A program made the position numbers and the translations under genes. This document shows positions 40,896-53,018 of a stretch of 64,000 bases of DNA, piece by piece. The DNA comes from Podarcis bocagei (taxonomy: Eukaryota): the NCBI GenBank assembly GCA_964188305.1, contig OZ076887.1. One strand, given 5' to 3'. Below the pieces are notes generated by a model. The model was not told where the DNA came from and searched no databases. It was given only the letters and a program-made list of their open reading frames with translations. Every line of letters begins with the position of its first letter. Within the stretch, counting starts at the first letter, position 1.

Positions 40896-43859
40896 CTGAA
40901 AAGACAAAGTTCAATTTTTTTTAAAAAAAATGCACATAAATATAGCTTTCTGATTTATACTGATCATACTTTATTTACTTTTCATTCCAATTCATGAAAA
41001 ATATTGGCCATTCCTTTTCTCTGAACTTATCATGAACTTTGCAGCACAATAACTTTGGTAGAAAGAAATTCAACCATGAAGCATACAGATGAAAGCCCCA
41101 ATGAGGCCAAAATTCAGCCAACTTTCTTACCAAAAGCAGGTAACTTGTAAGTTTCATTTATTTTTGTGACAATGGCATGCACAATCTTAAATCTTTCCCA
41201 CTGAACTCAGTTGCCAGGTTTGAATATAATACTAAATGATGGCTTAACATTGCATGTGTAAGCTTTAAAGCTCCCTTTTCTCCCTCCAGCTTTGGCATGG
41301 CTGAGAGAAGACCAGAAACATATTAAACCCACCAAGAGTTCCTAATTTTATCTGGATTCAGGGGAATTCTGCCAAGCTTAAACTCCAGTTAGTGAGCACA
41401 CTGGAATCATGAACCACAGGTGGATCCTAATTTGTTTGTACAACCACAATTTTAACTAGCTAGTGTTCCTGAGGTTTTACACAATGATGAGGTTGTTAGT
41501 TTTAAAGTGCAAATGCAGGTTTCCATTCTCCTCCTGGCCACAAGATGGTCTTGTGAGGGCTCATTCATATAATTCAAAACTATTATTTAGCAAAAAGATC
41601 AATTAAACTTTAAAATAGCTGGATTGCATCCACAATTCCCTCCCCCTCCTTTTGTTAAGCAGGCCACAGAATCATAGGTAAACTGTGCAACTGGGGTTGC
41701 AATCCTATGCTTTAGTGCAACTAAATTCTGAGTAGATGTGATACAACTGTACTGTAAAATATTTGATTTCAGACTATTTTTGTATTAAATATGTGAAAAA
41801 CAGTTTCCTTATTCCACATGCAGACTCATGTGTCCATTAACATTCACTTATTACCACTGAAACCAATGGATTTTAGCAGTACTCAATTAAAAGCTGGAAT
41901 CACAAAGGAATCAAACATTCAGCTTGCTCCAAAAACCAGTTTGGCTACATCTGAATACTTGATATAACTACTCAATGCTGGCCCATTCCATACACATCAC
42001 AGCAGTCTTTAGAAATCTATGGAAAGCAGTTTTACCAAAAATGAAAAGAAAAAGAAAGAAGAACAAAAGAAAAAAGCTCCAGTTCTATATTGCAGACAAT
42101 GGTTGTTAAAGTACTGCTATTTGGCTTAAAAGAACTGAGAACCACTGGCAAATAATAAAAGGCAAATACCTGAAATTTCTGTGGGCTAACATATCAATCC
42201 ACTATGCAGCATGGTTCAAAAGTATAGTATACTAGTATACATTTGTTGTATACAGATTAAAAGTGAAACAAAAATGACAATGGAAGTTTGTTTTAAGGCT
42301 TGTATATTATAAGCAGGAGGCTACCTGAAGAAGTGCCTAATCCCTTATATCCCTGCCCAATCTTGAGATCTTCAGGGCAGTCTGATCTTATAGTTTTCAT
42401 TTCTTTTTATTCTTTGTATTGTACTTTTGTAAACAGCCTACAAACTATTATAGTTTAGTGGCATATAAAATGTTTGAATGAATGAATGAATTAAATAGTC
42501 GGTACTCTGGATAGTACCAAATAGTCGGTACATAACCCATTTTAATAATTCTGTTTTACATTTGCAATATTCAGGATCACCATTCAGTGAGGGTTTTATA
42601 TTGACTGAAGCATTTATGGCCAGGGATAAGAAGAAATGATGTCATAGTCTAGCACTGGGTCTGAATTCATCACTACCCAACCCTAGGAGGCAACACTATG
42701 CTTACCAGGTGGGAATTCCAAAGAAGAAGCAGGAAGTTGACTAAGGATACAGGGTTTTATTCAAAAGGGCAGCAAAGGAGGCCAGGTATTGGTAGCGAGT
42801 TCAGAAAGCTCAGGATGAAATGTATGTGAGCGCCAGGAATCCATTCTGAGGGCAAGGGCTCACTGAAGAGTTACAGAAGGCAAAACCAGGACTTCAGCAA
42901 GGGCTGGCACAGTTTCATAAATTAAACTGGGGTAGGGAGAAGGAAGCCTCATCTAGGCTTCCTAAGGATCCAGTGCAGATAAAAGGGTAGGTGCCATTTT
43001 AATATTTTGGATATCAGAAATGCCTATGGCCAACCTTGACACCAGGATTGGCAAAGCTTTGAATACAATTCTTTAAAAAAATGCTAAGAAGGTTCACCTC
43101 AAGTTTTGCACTTTTGACTGATGTGAATTTTTGCACACCTCCATATTTTCTAAGTTAAGCATTGTCACCTAGTGGTAAACCAAGCTGCCTGCAATAACAG
43201 GCACTTAATGTTCCAGGCATTTTGAGGTTACGTGAGGATAAACCTGTCGTGAGTATTTAACACTGCTTTCAATTACAGGGTAAGCAATTTCATTGACTCC
43301 AGTACATTAGTGAAATTGTTTAAGTCTTCCTCCTAACATTCTTAGGCTACTGCTGTAGTCTGCAGCCAGCTGGCAGCTCTATCATCAACACCAACCGAAT
43401 GTAGGCATTGCAGAAGAACTTTAAAGCAGAGGCAAATGATCTGCAGCTAGCCTTCAAGAAGTGAACAAAATATATTGTTGTACAATACTTTGCACGTTTT
43501 CCTTAAAATGCTACATTTGCTAAGGAAACAATCTTAGTAAAGACCTAGCAAGCTGAACCTATACTTAGGGGTGGCTGCAACACTTAAAATTTTAGAAGGA
43601 CCCAGGGATCTTTACTACTTTATACTAAGCAAAACCTCAGGTCTAAAGAGCCTCAGAAATTAAATTAAGAATCTGTGTCACCCTGCTGTTATTCTAGGCA
43701 AGGCCAGATTATCAATGGTGAAGTTGGAGCAATTGCACGAGGGTCCTGCCTGTAAGGGGGTTCACGCTATCATCTTTCATTGGGGGTGGGGGAACAAGTC
43801 TGTTGGAATTCCAGGAAGAATATTAGGAAGCAAAGCATTCGTTCAAAGTATTCATTCAA

Positions 43860-43921
43860 CTTGTTTTTATTATTGCTTGTTAGCCGCCCTGAGCCCGGCC
43901 TTGGCTGGGGAGGGCGGGGTA

Positions 43922-43963
<42 letters not shown>
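43860..43963 (+). mobile_element. LINE 3' tail with (AAAT)n
   Basis: gttagccgccctgagcccggcc...gggagggcggggtataaat followed by (AAAT)n; inverted relative at 37086-37155. Confidence 0.7.
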
Positions 43964-43965
<2 letters not shown>

Positions 43966-44342
43966 GATGTAGCTGATGAACTAGTTCCTGCCTTTCAGCA
44001 TTTTTTAGCCAACCAAGAGAGGTGAGTTGTGAATGAGGAGTGATTTGTTTCAGCACCAGGAGTTAGGAATCCCTGGGCCCCAAAGAGCTGCTATTTTCCT
44101 TCCTTTTATTTCATTTCATTTCCTAGTCAACTGAATCTTTGTAGTTTGCCCAGATAGTGCAAAGCAGCAGCAGCAGTCAGTCTGGCCAGAAGGAAACGGC
44201 CTTTGCATTACATTATCCATTATTTTCTTTGTTATTTCCCCCCTTTTACAACCCCACTCTTGTTTCTTTAATTCTTCTCGTTCTTACTCCCTTCTTATCC
44301 ATTTCTAGTGAGCACTGTTGCAACACCTCTGCTCATCATGTG

Positions 44343-44811
44343 TGTCAGGAAACTGACATCAGAGCAAAAGGAGAAGGAGAGGCTCTCCGATTCTGCAGGA
44401 GAAGGTACTAGCACCAGGGGGAGATGCAGCTTGGTAGAGGGGGAAGGAAATCAGCATAACACCAAGGATCCAGGAGGGCAAATGGGAGAAGAGGGGGAAG
44501 AGCTCCGGGATTCTTCCCTGGACATCAGTGAGGAGAGCACTGGTCCTCCACTGCCCATGCCCTCCCTGCGCAGAAGACTCCCACGCAGTGAGAGGCGGAG
44601 ACGACTGGGGGTCAAACAGCTTTCATGCTGGAAAAGGTTTAAGAAACGCCCACAGACAGATTCTGCTAGCGACTGAGGCAGCCACGCTGAGATGGGCTGT
44701 GCAGTCAGGACAGTTTAACCCAGGCAGTTAAGCTCCCCAACGGGGACAGTTTACGCACGAGTAACTCCAATCCACTACAATGTGAGTTCTACAACACCTC
44801 GATCCATGACA
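44343..44811. mobile_element. Putative solo-LTR-like element
   Basis: TGTCAGG...CATGACA (TG...CA short inverted termini), 469 bp, purine/GC-richer than flanks; no clean 4-6 bp TSD. Confidence 0.5.
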
Positions 44812-47800
44812 CCTCTTAATCATTATGTCATTTTCACAGCTCTTCCCTTGCAATAATCTTGCAAAGCAGATCAGGCTGAGATAATGACTTGTCAAAGTCT
44901 ACAATGAGGGTTTCATGGCAGAACAGGAATGTGAACCTCTGCCTTCTACATCTAAACACGAAACTGTACCATACTTTGCCTGCTTGAGATTATGCTTCAG
45001 AGAGAATTAGCTCTAATTCTATAGTCTTTAATATGTTTCTGTTTTCATCTGCTCATAACGTAGTCTCATCTAGCTTTGTTACTATATTTAGCATGACCTC
45101 TGACATCATGTTGGAAGATGACAATGTACATGGAAAAGCTTTCTAACTTTTCACCTTCACAGAGCAATGTATTTTTCTGGAATTGTTAATGGAATTGTTT
45201 CATTTCAAACCAGCTGAAGAGAATTTACACTCAAGTCACAACCACACCATACATTTAAAACACATGGCTTCCCTCAAAGAATTCTGCAATTTACTGCTTC
45301 ACACAGCTACAGTTCCCAGCACCTTTAAACTACAGTTCCCAAAATTCTTTCGGAAGTCACATGCTTTAAATGTATGGAGTGGATGCGACCTTATTGTACC
45401 CTAATTCTTCAAGCAAGGCTATGAATTGTTTCTCAAGGTGCTTTTCTCAGCTCATTTATCAGATGATAATTGCAACCATAAAGATTTCAATGCATCAAAA
45501 ATGACCTCTTTCTCATTCATGTGGACTATTAATTTAGACATCTACTACAATTATGGACATTTTAAGCCAGCAGTAAATAATCTGTTCAGTGACAAAAGTC
45601 ACAGTTGAAATGTAAGGAATAATAGATCATTGAATTAGATTAATTGTTTTCAAAACAGGTATAAAGAAAAATGAATATTTATCATAAGCATCTAGATTCA
45701 TTGGGAAATTCTGTCCTGTAAATGTTTGTTCAGATATTGCAGCATAAAGCAGTTCACCAAATGCAAATTTCTCTGGTTGTTGCATTACCCTTTTCTCTCA
45801 GATTCTGAGATTTTTTTCAGGCAAAGTATGAAGTATATACAAAGCAATCCCATAAAAGCAAAAGGATCCCATAACTTGAACTGGTTAGTCTATTCATTTA
45901 AATAGGGAGAACATATTCAAATACATAATCCATTGTTTGCATGAAGAAATCCCTCTACTGAAATGAATGGAGTGTTCTACATGCACAAGAGAGCCATATA
46001 AAAATGGGAGCATGCATCGATTTTTGGATTGGCACATCTGTGTATAGACATTCACACACATTAGGCATAGATATATTGTATACAGATCTGATCTTAAGAT
46101 GATTGCATAAATGGTTGTGTTATACCGTGCATACTCTGGGACTTGTCTAAATTATTTTTCTTTCAGTAAATCTCCTTGCTAGTCAACCTACTTTTACACT
46201 CTCCAAGATTAAAGAGTAGTTTGCCATTTGGCAGTAGCACATGCTGAAAGAAAGAAGAGTCTTAACATCACCTGCAATTATATACAGCATCTTGCTGGAT
46301 GAAAGAAGTAGAGATACTTTACACAAGTGGAAATATTTTCATTATTGTACAAAAAGTGCTATCTTTCAGCAACAGACTGTAGAGAAGAAGTGAAAGCATT
46401 CCTTAAAAAAAATAAAAGTGGGAACAAATATATTCCTGCAGCTGAATAATCTGCTATCAACACCATCCATCTTCCATCTCTTTATCGTCTATTGTTATTT
46501 CAAAAAAGATTCTACTAGCATTTCTAATAAAGGTAAAAACCTCTCCAGGTCTATTTCATTTATTGATCTATTTGCAAATGCTTCTGACACTTATCTCTGT
46601 AAGGATTCTCTAAGCTTCCTCTTCAGTCCTTTCAGAAACATAATTTTCCAAAGCACATTTTCAAATAGTGGATTTAATGTTTTAATGTTCAAGGATACCT
46701 GGCTGGTGACTAGCAGGTTGATTAAAAGTGGTGAGGTGTAATGAAGCAGTGGAACCACAACAGCCTTGACACTCATGCTGGGGCAGAAGGAGGACAGGCA
46801 GGTAAATTGCTGCACCAGAAGGAGCTGGCAGAGTGATTTCAGCAGGCAAAAGTATGTTTGGTGGGTACAGTGGGGAGCTGCATGCTAGTGGAGTGACACT
46901 GGTATCACTCTGTGGGTGAAGGCCAGGAATAGCAGAAGGAAACTTCCAACCAATCCAACTGTTGCCCATCCACTACAAAGTCCACTGCGAAAGGGTTTGG
47001 GGATTTAATATGTTTTGGCCATCAAAAGGCAACATGGAGAGCTGAAGTGAAATAACATTAACATCTGTAAGAGGAGAGGATATAATATACACGCTAACAA
47101 AAAATAAATAAAACTTTGGCTGGGCATTTTTGACTAGAGTAGGTAGAAGCCAGACAGCTGTCTTCAAATGCCAGTTCTTGAATGAGATGCATGACTCATC
47201 ACCATCAGAAATCTTTTCACATATTAAAGTAGCCCTGACCTATACAATTACATTTGCTTTGTTCTGCCAAGTTATTTGTTCAGGATACATACTCCATTGT
47301 TTTATTTTGTTTGCAGAATGAAGGAAAGTATAAAAACCACACAGGCACACACCTGAACAAGGGAAGGTTATCCTTGCTGGTTGTTCAAGAAATCTCAAGT
47401 GGCGTATGGTATTCTTCTGGAGCTCCTCTCACATGGGGCTTTGGGAAGCTATATTAGATGTTTCCACTCCTTCACCAAAGAGGAAATTTCAGAAGGTGGT
47501 ACTTATGGGATACCTGTTGACTCAATGGCTGCTGGCCTATCTGGGTTATCTTAGGTTCCTAGCCTGTTTTCCCATACTACTTAACATCTATGTGAAATGA
47601 CTGTGAGGGTTTGTCAGGAGATCTGAATTGTGATGCCACCAATTTGGAGATGATGCCCAACTCTTATCTCTCATTTTCATCACATTCCAGAAATGCTGTT
47701 GAAGTTCTGGAGCCAAGAATGATGGAGGCTAAAAAATAAGGCTTGATGCTAAGAAGACAGGTGAGATTCTGGTCAGCAGAATAGCTACTCCAGGAATCAG

Positions 47801-49158
47801 GACTCAGCCCTGTGGTGTTTTCTGGAAAGCACAGATTCATAGTTTGGGAATGCCTATGTATATAGTATTGACCCTGAATGCTCATCTATGACCAGATGTG
47901 CTGATACCTCACTTAGACTAGTGGACCAGCTATCTCTAATCCTGCAGTAGGCAGGTAAAATCTAATTCAAGTATGCCCATTGTGATACTTGTCTTAATAA
48001 CATCACATCTGAAGTACTTCAAAGTGTTTCACATGGTGCTGCCTTTGAAGAATGCTTGTGATCAGCAGCATATTACATCATTTCTGAGCTGCATTTCTCC
48101 CAGTTTATTTCCAGGCTCACTTCAAAACACTAGTAATGCACCTTTGAAGCTCTATATGGCTTGGACCCATAGTACCAAGGACCACCTTATCGAATGATCA
48201 CATACCCACATTCATCTGCAGAGGCCCCCCCAAATCATGTATAGCTGAGACCAGGGAGGGGACTCTTTTGGTGATAGTGTCCAGACTCTGGAGTTCCTGT
48301 ACAGAAAAGTCCACCATGCTGCTAATCCTGATGGGATTTCACTACAGTGCATGGTTGACCTTCCTTTTGGGGAAGAAATGTCAATTTTTAGTGCCTTTCT
48401 TAAAAGCTGCTTGATTGGTTTTATTCCTGTTCTTATGGATTGCTCTTCCAGTCTTCCACTGCGTTGTTTCTTCTTTTGAATTATGTTTTTAGTCTTTTAT
48501 TGTATTTGTTAATGTTTTATAGTACAAAATTGTTCCAGTTTTTATTTTATACGAATTACCCCCTTGTACTGTCAAGCTTGAACATTTAGGGAAGACAGGA
48601 TATAAATGTTTCAAACAAGCAAAGTAAACTAATAGCAGAGAACTTCAAATCTCAATCATATTATTATGTTAACTTGTATAAAATTATCTTTCTGTATACC
48701 TGATACGGAGAATTTTTTTAAAGAGCCAATAAAATTGAACCATATGGAGCTTTAGATTAGTTTTCCTCATATACGAGACCACATGCAGCATGGAAAACTG
48801 CTTTTGAAATTGGTTTAATAAAAAAATAATAAAAGTGATGACATTAGAAGTAGCTGTTAAAGAAAAAGCTTAAAAGTTCAACTATTGCATTGAAATTGCT
48901 CAACTGCCAACAAAAAAATACAAATTGTACCTATGATTGGCCTCTGCACCTGAGAAGTGGAAAGCAGACAATGTGACACAAGTTTTTAATGAAGGGATTC
49001 AGGATGAAACAGGAAAATTATAGGCCAGCTAGCTTAAATCAGTTCTGGGAAAGTTTGTGGAAAGCATTTCTAAAGATAATATAAAGAATATAGAAGAATG
49101 TATTGCTGATGAAGAATCAATATGACTACTGAAACGGTAGTCTCATTAGTCTTTCAGA

Positions 49159-49334
49159 TACAGATAGGTAGCCGTGTTGGTCTGCCATAGTCAAAATAAA
49201 AAAAAAATTCCTTCCTGTAGCACCTTAAAGACCAACTAAGTTAGTTCTTGGTATGAGCTTTCGTGTGCATGCACACTTCTTCAGATACACTGAAACAGAA
49301 GTTGCCAGATCCTTCTATATAGGATTTTTTTTAT
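49159..49334 (-). mobile_element. Penelope-like element terminal fragment
   Basis: Flanked by a 13-bp direct repeat ttagtctttcaga (49146-49158, 49335-49347); contains the squamate PLE-type signature gtagcaccttaaagaccaac...atgagctttcg...cttcttcagat. Confidence 0.8.
49251..49288 (-). ncRNA. Minimal type-I hammerhead ribozyme motif (Penelope-associated)
   Basis: RNA GUAU-CUGAAGA-A-GUGUGC-AU-GCACAC-GAAA-GC-UC/AUAC: intact core, palindromic helix II, palindromic loopless helix III (AGCU), helix I GUAU/AUAC. Confidence 0.8.
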
Positions 49335-50104
49335 TTAGTCTTTCAGAGTTATCTGAGAGTATTAGAAAGCATACAGACAGAAGTGACCCAGTGAACTTTG
49401 TGTGGCTGGACTTTGAAAAAGGGTTTTGACAAAGGCTCTCGCTAAAAAAGGTTTCTGAACAAATTTAGCAGTCATGGAATAAGATTATGGGTCCTCTTCT
49501 TGGTCAGCAACTTGTTAAAGATCAGGAAGTAGAGAATAGGAATGAATAAATAAGTTCTCACAATAAAAGAATGTAAGAAGCTAAGTTCTCAAAGGATCTG
49601 TATTGGGAGTGAGACTCGTGCAATTCCCCTTCTTCATAACTTTTTCTGGAGTTAGAAACGAGTCACAAGGTGGCTAAGTTTGCAAATGATACCAAATTAT
49701 TCAGGTGGTAACAACAAAAAGGGATTTTGAAGAGCTCCAAACAAATATTACAAGACCTGTGGAATGGGCATTATGGTCAAATCAGTTAAGTGTAAGGCCG
49801 TGTGCAGGGGAGAAAACAACCCTCACATCATAGGGCCATGGTGGGTAACCTTTTGAAATTGCATGTTAGGGATTATTATTAAGGAAAATAAACCTGCCAG
49901 TGTCATACTTGGAATACTGTATATAGTTCTGGTTGCTGCATCTCTAAAAGGATATTGTACAGCTGAGAAAATGGAAGAAAATGGCAACCAAAATCACCAA
50001 GGGCTGGATCCGCTCTCCTGTAAGGAAAGGTTCTAAAGTTTGCAGCTACTTATTTCATTTAGAAAAAAGCAACTGGGGATGTAGAGCATGATAGACATGC
50101 ATAG

Positions 50105-50340
50105 ACAGAGGGCCTTCTTGGTAGTGGCGCCCGCCCTGTGGAACACCCTCCCCTCAGATGTCAAGGAAATAAGCAGCTATCTTCTTTTTAAAAGACATCT
50201 GAAGGCAGCCCTGTTTAGGGAAGTTTTTAATATTTAATGCTGTATTATTTTTAACACTTGATTGGAAGCTGCCCAGAGTGGCTGGGGAAACTCAGCCAGA
50301 TGGGCAGGGTATAAATAATAAATTATTATTATATTATTAT
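50105..50340 (+). mobile_element. L2-type LINE 3' end
   Basis: Highly similar to the 32770, 33958 and 57018 copies; (TTA)n-like tail. Confidence 0.88.
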
Positions 50341-50731
50341 TATAAAATTGCCAGAACATAGACTCATGAAATGAAGTGGAGTAGTGGAAAACTCAGGACA
50401 AATAAAAGGATGTACTCCTTCCCACAGCCCATACTCAAATTATGGAATCTATTTTCATATATGTGGTGACAAGAGGGAGGCAGGGAGGGGGTTTATTGGT
50501 TTGGGCTGTTGTTTTTTCTGCTCTTCTTTTTATTATGTATTTTGTGTTTTTATCTTGTATTTTTACATTGTGAGCTGCCCAGAAGCTGGTGGACTAGATT
50601 GGCATTTGGAATGAATCAGCAGGGTTCTTCTTATGATCCTGGTTTGAAGCGAGTGCCCCTAGACCGTAGCTTTCTGGCTTGAATGTCACCAAAAACACAT
50701 TAAGCAAAGCAAGAATTAAGTCGAGCATATG

Positions 50732-50733
<2 letters not shown>

Positions 50734-50767
<34 letters not shown>
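50734..50767. repeat. (GT)n microsatellite
   Basis: About 17 GT units. Confidence 0.95.
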
Positions 50768-50769
<2 letters not shown>

Positions 50770-50884
50770 TTTCGTCTTTCACTGCAGTACCTGTATATGG
50801 CTTAAATCTTTTCCATAAGTTTGCAAGAGATGCAGACACAAATCTGCTCCCTCCAAGTAAAACCTTGGTCTGGATTGTCTACTG

Positions 50885-52322
50885 CAGTGTTTCCCAACCT
50901 TTTTTGGGCAAAGGCACACTTGTTTCATGAAAAAAATCTCGAGGCACACCACCATTACAGCCCCGTGACGTCAGCGCGCAGCGTCACGCCGGGAGGGACA
51001 TGAATTGCTAGCAAATTACATAATCACCTCCTTGAGGGCTGGCTCATCTTCTCCGAAGGCAGAACCCCATTAATTAACAGGACAGACTCACACCATAGCC
51101 AAGACGAGGGGGGGAAACCTCAGTCATGCACAGTCATGCACATGTGGGGGCTAAATGAGGACGAAGACCGGGCAGAGAGCAGGGTTCAAATCACCCCACC
51201 TGGCCAGGACAATCCCTGGGTGCTCCCTTGGGCCACTCGCCTGACCCACCTCGCAGGGCTGTTGTTGCGAGGATAACACGGGGAGAACCACGCGCGCCCC
51301 CGGGAGCTCCTTGGAGGAGAAAGCGGGCGATGAATGCAATGCACGAAATATATGAGAGGCGACCAGGTTTTGCAGGTGAGGGCCCCCCGCCAGCCTCCGC
51401 TTCCAACACCCGGCGCAACGACGCCGAAGTTTTCCCCCGGGCTCGGCGAGCAGCGCTGCTCCCCTCCCCGGCTCCCCTTCGCCCTCCCGGCTCTCACTGC
51501 CGCCCACTGGGGACCCCCCTCACCTGCCAAGTCCGGAGCGCCGGTGGAAGTTGCATGCATGCATGCAGGGCGCCGCGTTGCCATTGCATTGCACTGCACT
51601 CCATGCAACGCCTGCACGCATGCATTGCCTTGCACGCCCGCCAAGGGGTCTCCCCGCGGTCCGATGCGTCCCCTCCGGCGCGGATGCAGCATTGCAAAAA
51701 TAAAAAAACCCCGACGCAGCCCTACCTGGGGGGCAGCCTCCGCCTCCGCCGCTCCGCCTCCGCAGGGATTCCCGGGCTCCATCCTGCCGCCCGATCTCCG
51801 CGGGGGCGCAGGCAGGCTGCGCGGGGTCTGCGCGGGGTCTGCGCGGAAGAGCCCCTGCCCGCCCGGCCGCCGCCGCTGCGCTCATTCCATGGCCGGGAGA
51901 AGAGTGCTTCAAACAAAACGCCCGGCCCGCCAGGCCACGCTGGGAAACGTAGTTCGCGCACCCCGCGCGGGCGCGGAGCCCAAGGGCGAGGGGACTACGG
52001 ATCCCAGCAGCCCCGCGCCGGGGACGGAGGGGGAGAGGCCGGGTGCAGGGATGGAGGGACGGGTGGGCGAGCGAGTGAGTGAGTGGCAGCCGCCAAGCCT
52101 TGGCCGAGAGCCAGGAAGGGCCTCCCCGGAGGAGGAGGAGGTGGAGGGAGGCGCAGAGCGGGAGGGAGGGAGGGAACCCCAGGGGTCATCTAGTGACGGC
52201 GCCCCAATCGAAAATTTGACTTAAAAAAAAAATCTTTCGAATTTTTTAATTTTTCCCGCGGCACACCAGGCAACATCTCGCGGCACACTAGTGTGCCGCG
52301 GAACAGTGGTTGGGAAACACTG
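50885..52322. mobile_element. Non-autonomous hAT (Charlie-like) transposon with GC/CpG-rich captured cargo
   Basis: Perfect 15-bp TIR cagtgtttcccaacc / ggttgggaaacactg; perfect 8-bp TSD gtctactg (50877-50884, 52323-52330); subterminal GGCACAC repeats; no transposase ORF. Confidence 0.93.
51931..52017. promoter_or_regulatory. Two divergent ZNF143/THAP11-type motifs (ACTACnnnTCCCAG) in a CpG-island-like segment
   Basis: Minus strand GAACTACGTTTCCCAGCGTGGCCTG (51955-51931); plus strand GACTACGGATCCCAGCAGCCCCGCG (51993-52017). Confidence 0.6.
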
Positions 52323-53018
52323 GTCTACTGTGACCTATGGAAGATTAGTGAGTGGATCAATTACTTAGTGAGTAGACAAGATTACTTTGGGTCCCTTTTC
52401 TATGAAAAGCCTGGGCAACGGTCTGATCAATTCATGTTTGTTTATTTATGATTTGCATTTATAGCCCACACTTTACCAAATGTACCTAGGACAAGTTGTA
52501 AAAATATAAAAATTAAAATAAGTATAATGTATAATTAAAATCATAAAACCACAAACTCTCTCACTCACAGACACACACAGAGATATAATGTATACTCTTA
52601 AAGCATACAATATGAAGTGGTGGTTGCACTCTGCTTCAGTTTGTTCTGCAATGCTTCCCCAACGCTACCACATTATTGCTGTCCAGAAGGCCTACAGTGC
52701 AGCAAATGTGGGACAAAAATTAACCAAAGCATTTGCGGTGTAACTGTTAAGGGATTTCAGCAGAAAGTTACAGGATATGCACAGATTGGAAATGAAACAG
52801 TGTGACCACCCCAAAGCCATTGCATGTGCATTGAAAACTGGGTCACATGTGACTGCCCCCATGAGCACATACTATGATGCATGTGCACACACACAAAAAA
52901 AAAAAAAAAAAAAATGCCAGGAGGGGTCCTTTGTAGTTGTTACTTTAAGACCTCCATTTTTTACTCCACATTTTACTTTTTGGTAGAGAGTCAAACCAAC
53001 AGTGCAGATAGCAGTATA

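Larger units (their letters stand above)
48900..50460 (+). mobile_element. Ancient degenerate CR1 ORF2 remnant, interrupted by Penelope-like and L2 insertions
   Basis: Decayed RT motifs: aattataggccagctagctta (NYRPASL), ctggactttgaaaaag (LDFEK), gctaagtttgcaaatgataccaaatta (AKFANDTKL). Confidence 0.7.

Noticed and set aside
51151-52224. Long overlapping ORFs (284, 296, 198 aa) in the GC-rich segment as a protein-coding gene or transposase
   Set aside because: Low-complexity Ala/Arg/Pro/Gly translations open in several frames, as expected from high GC; no hAT transposase or other recognisable domain.
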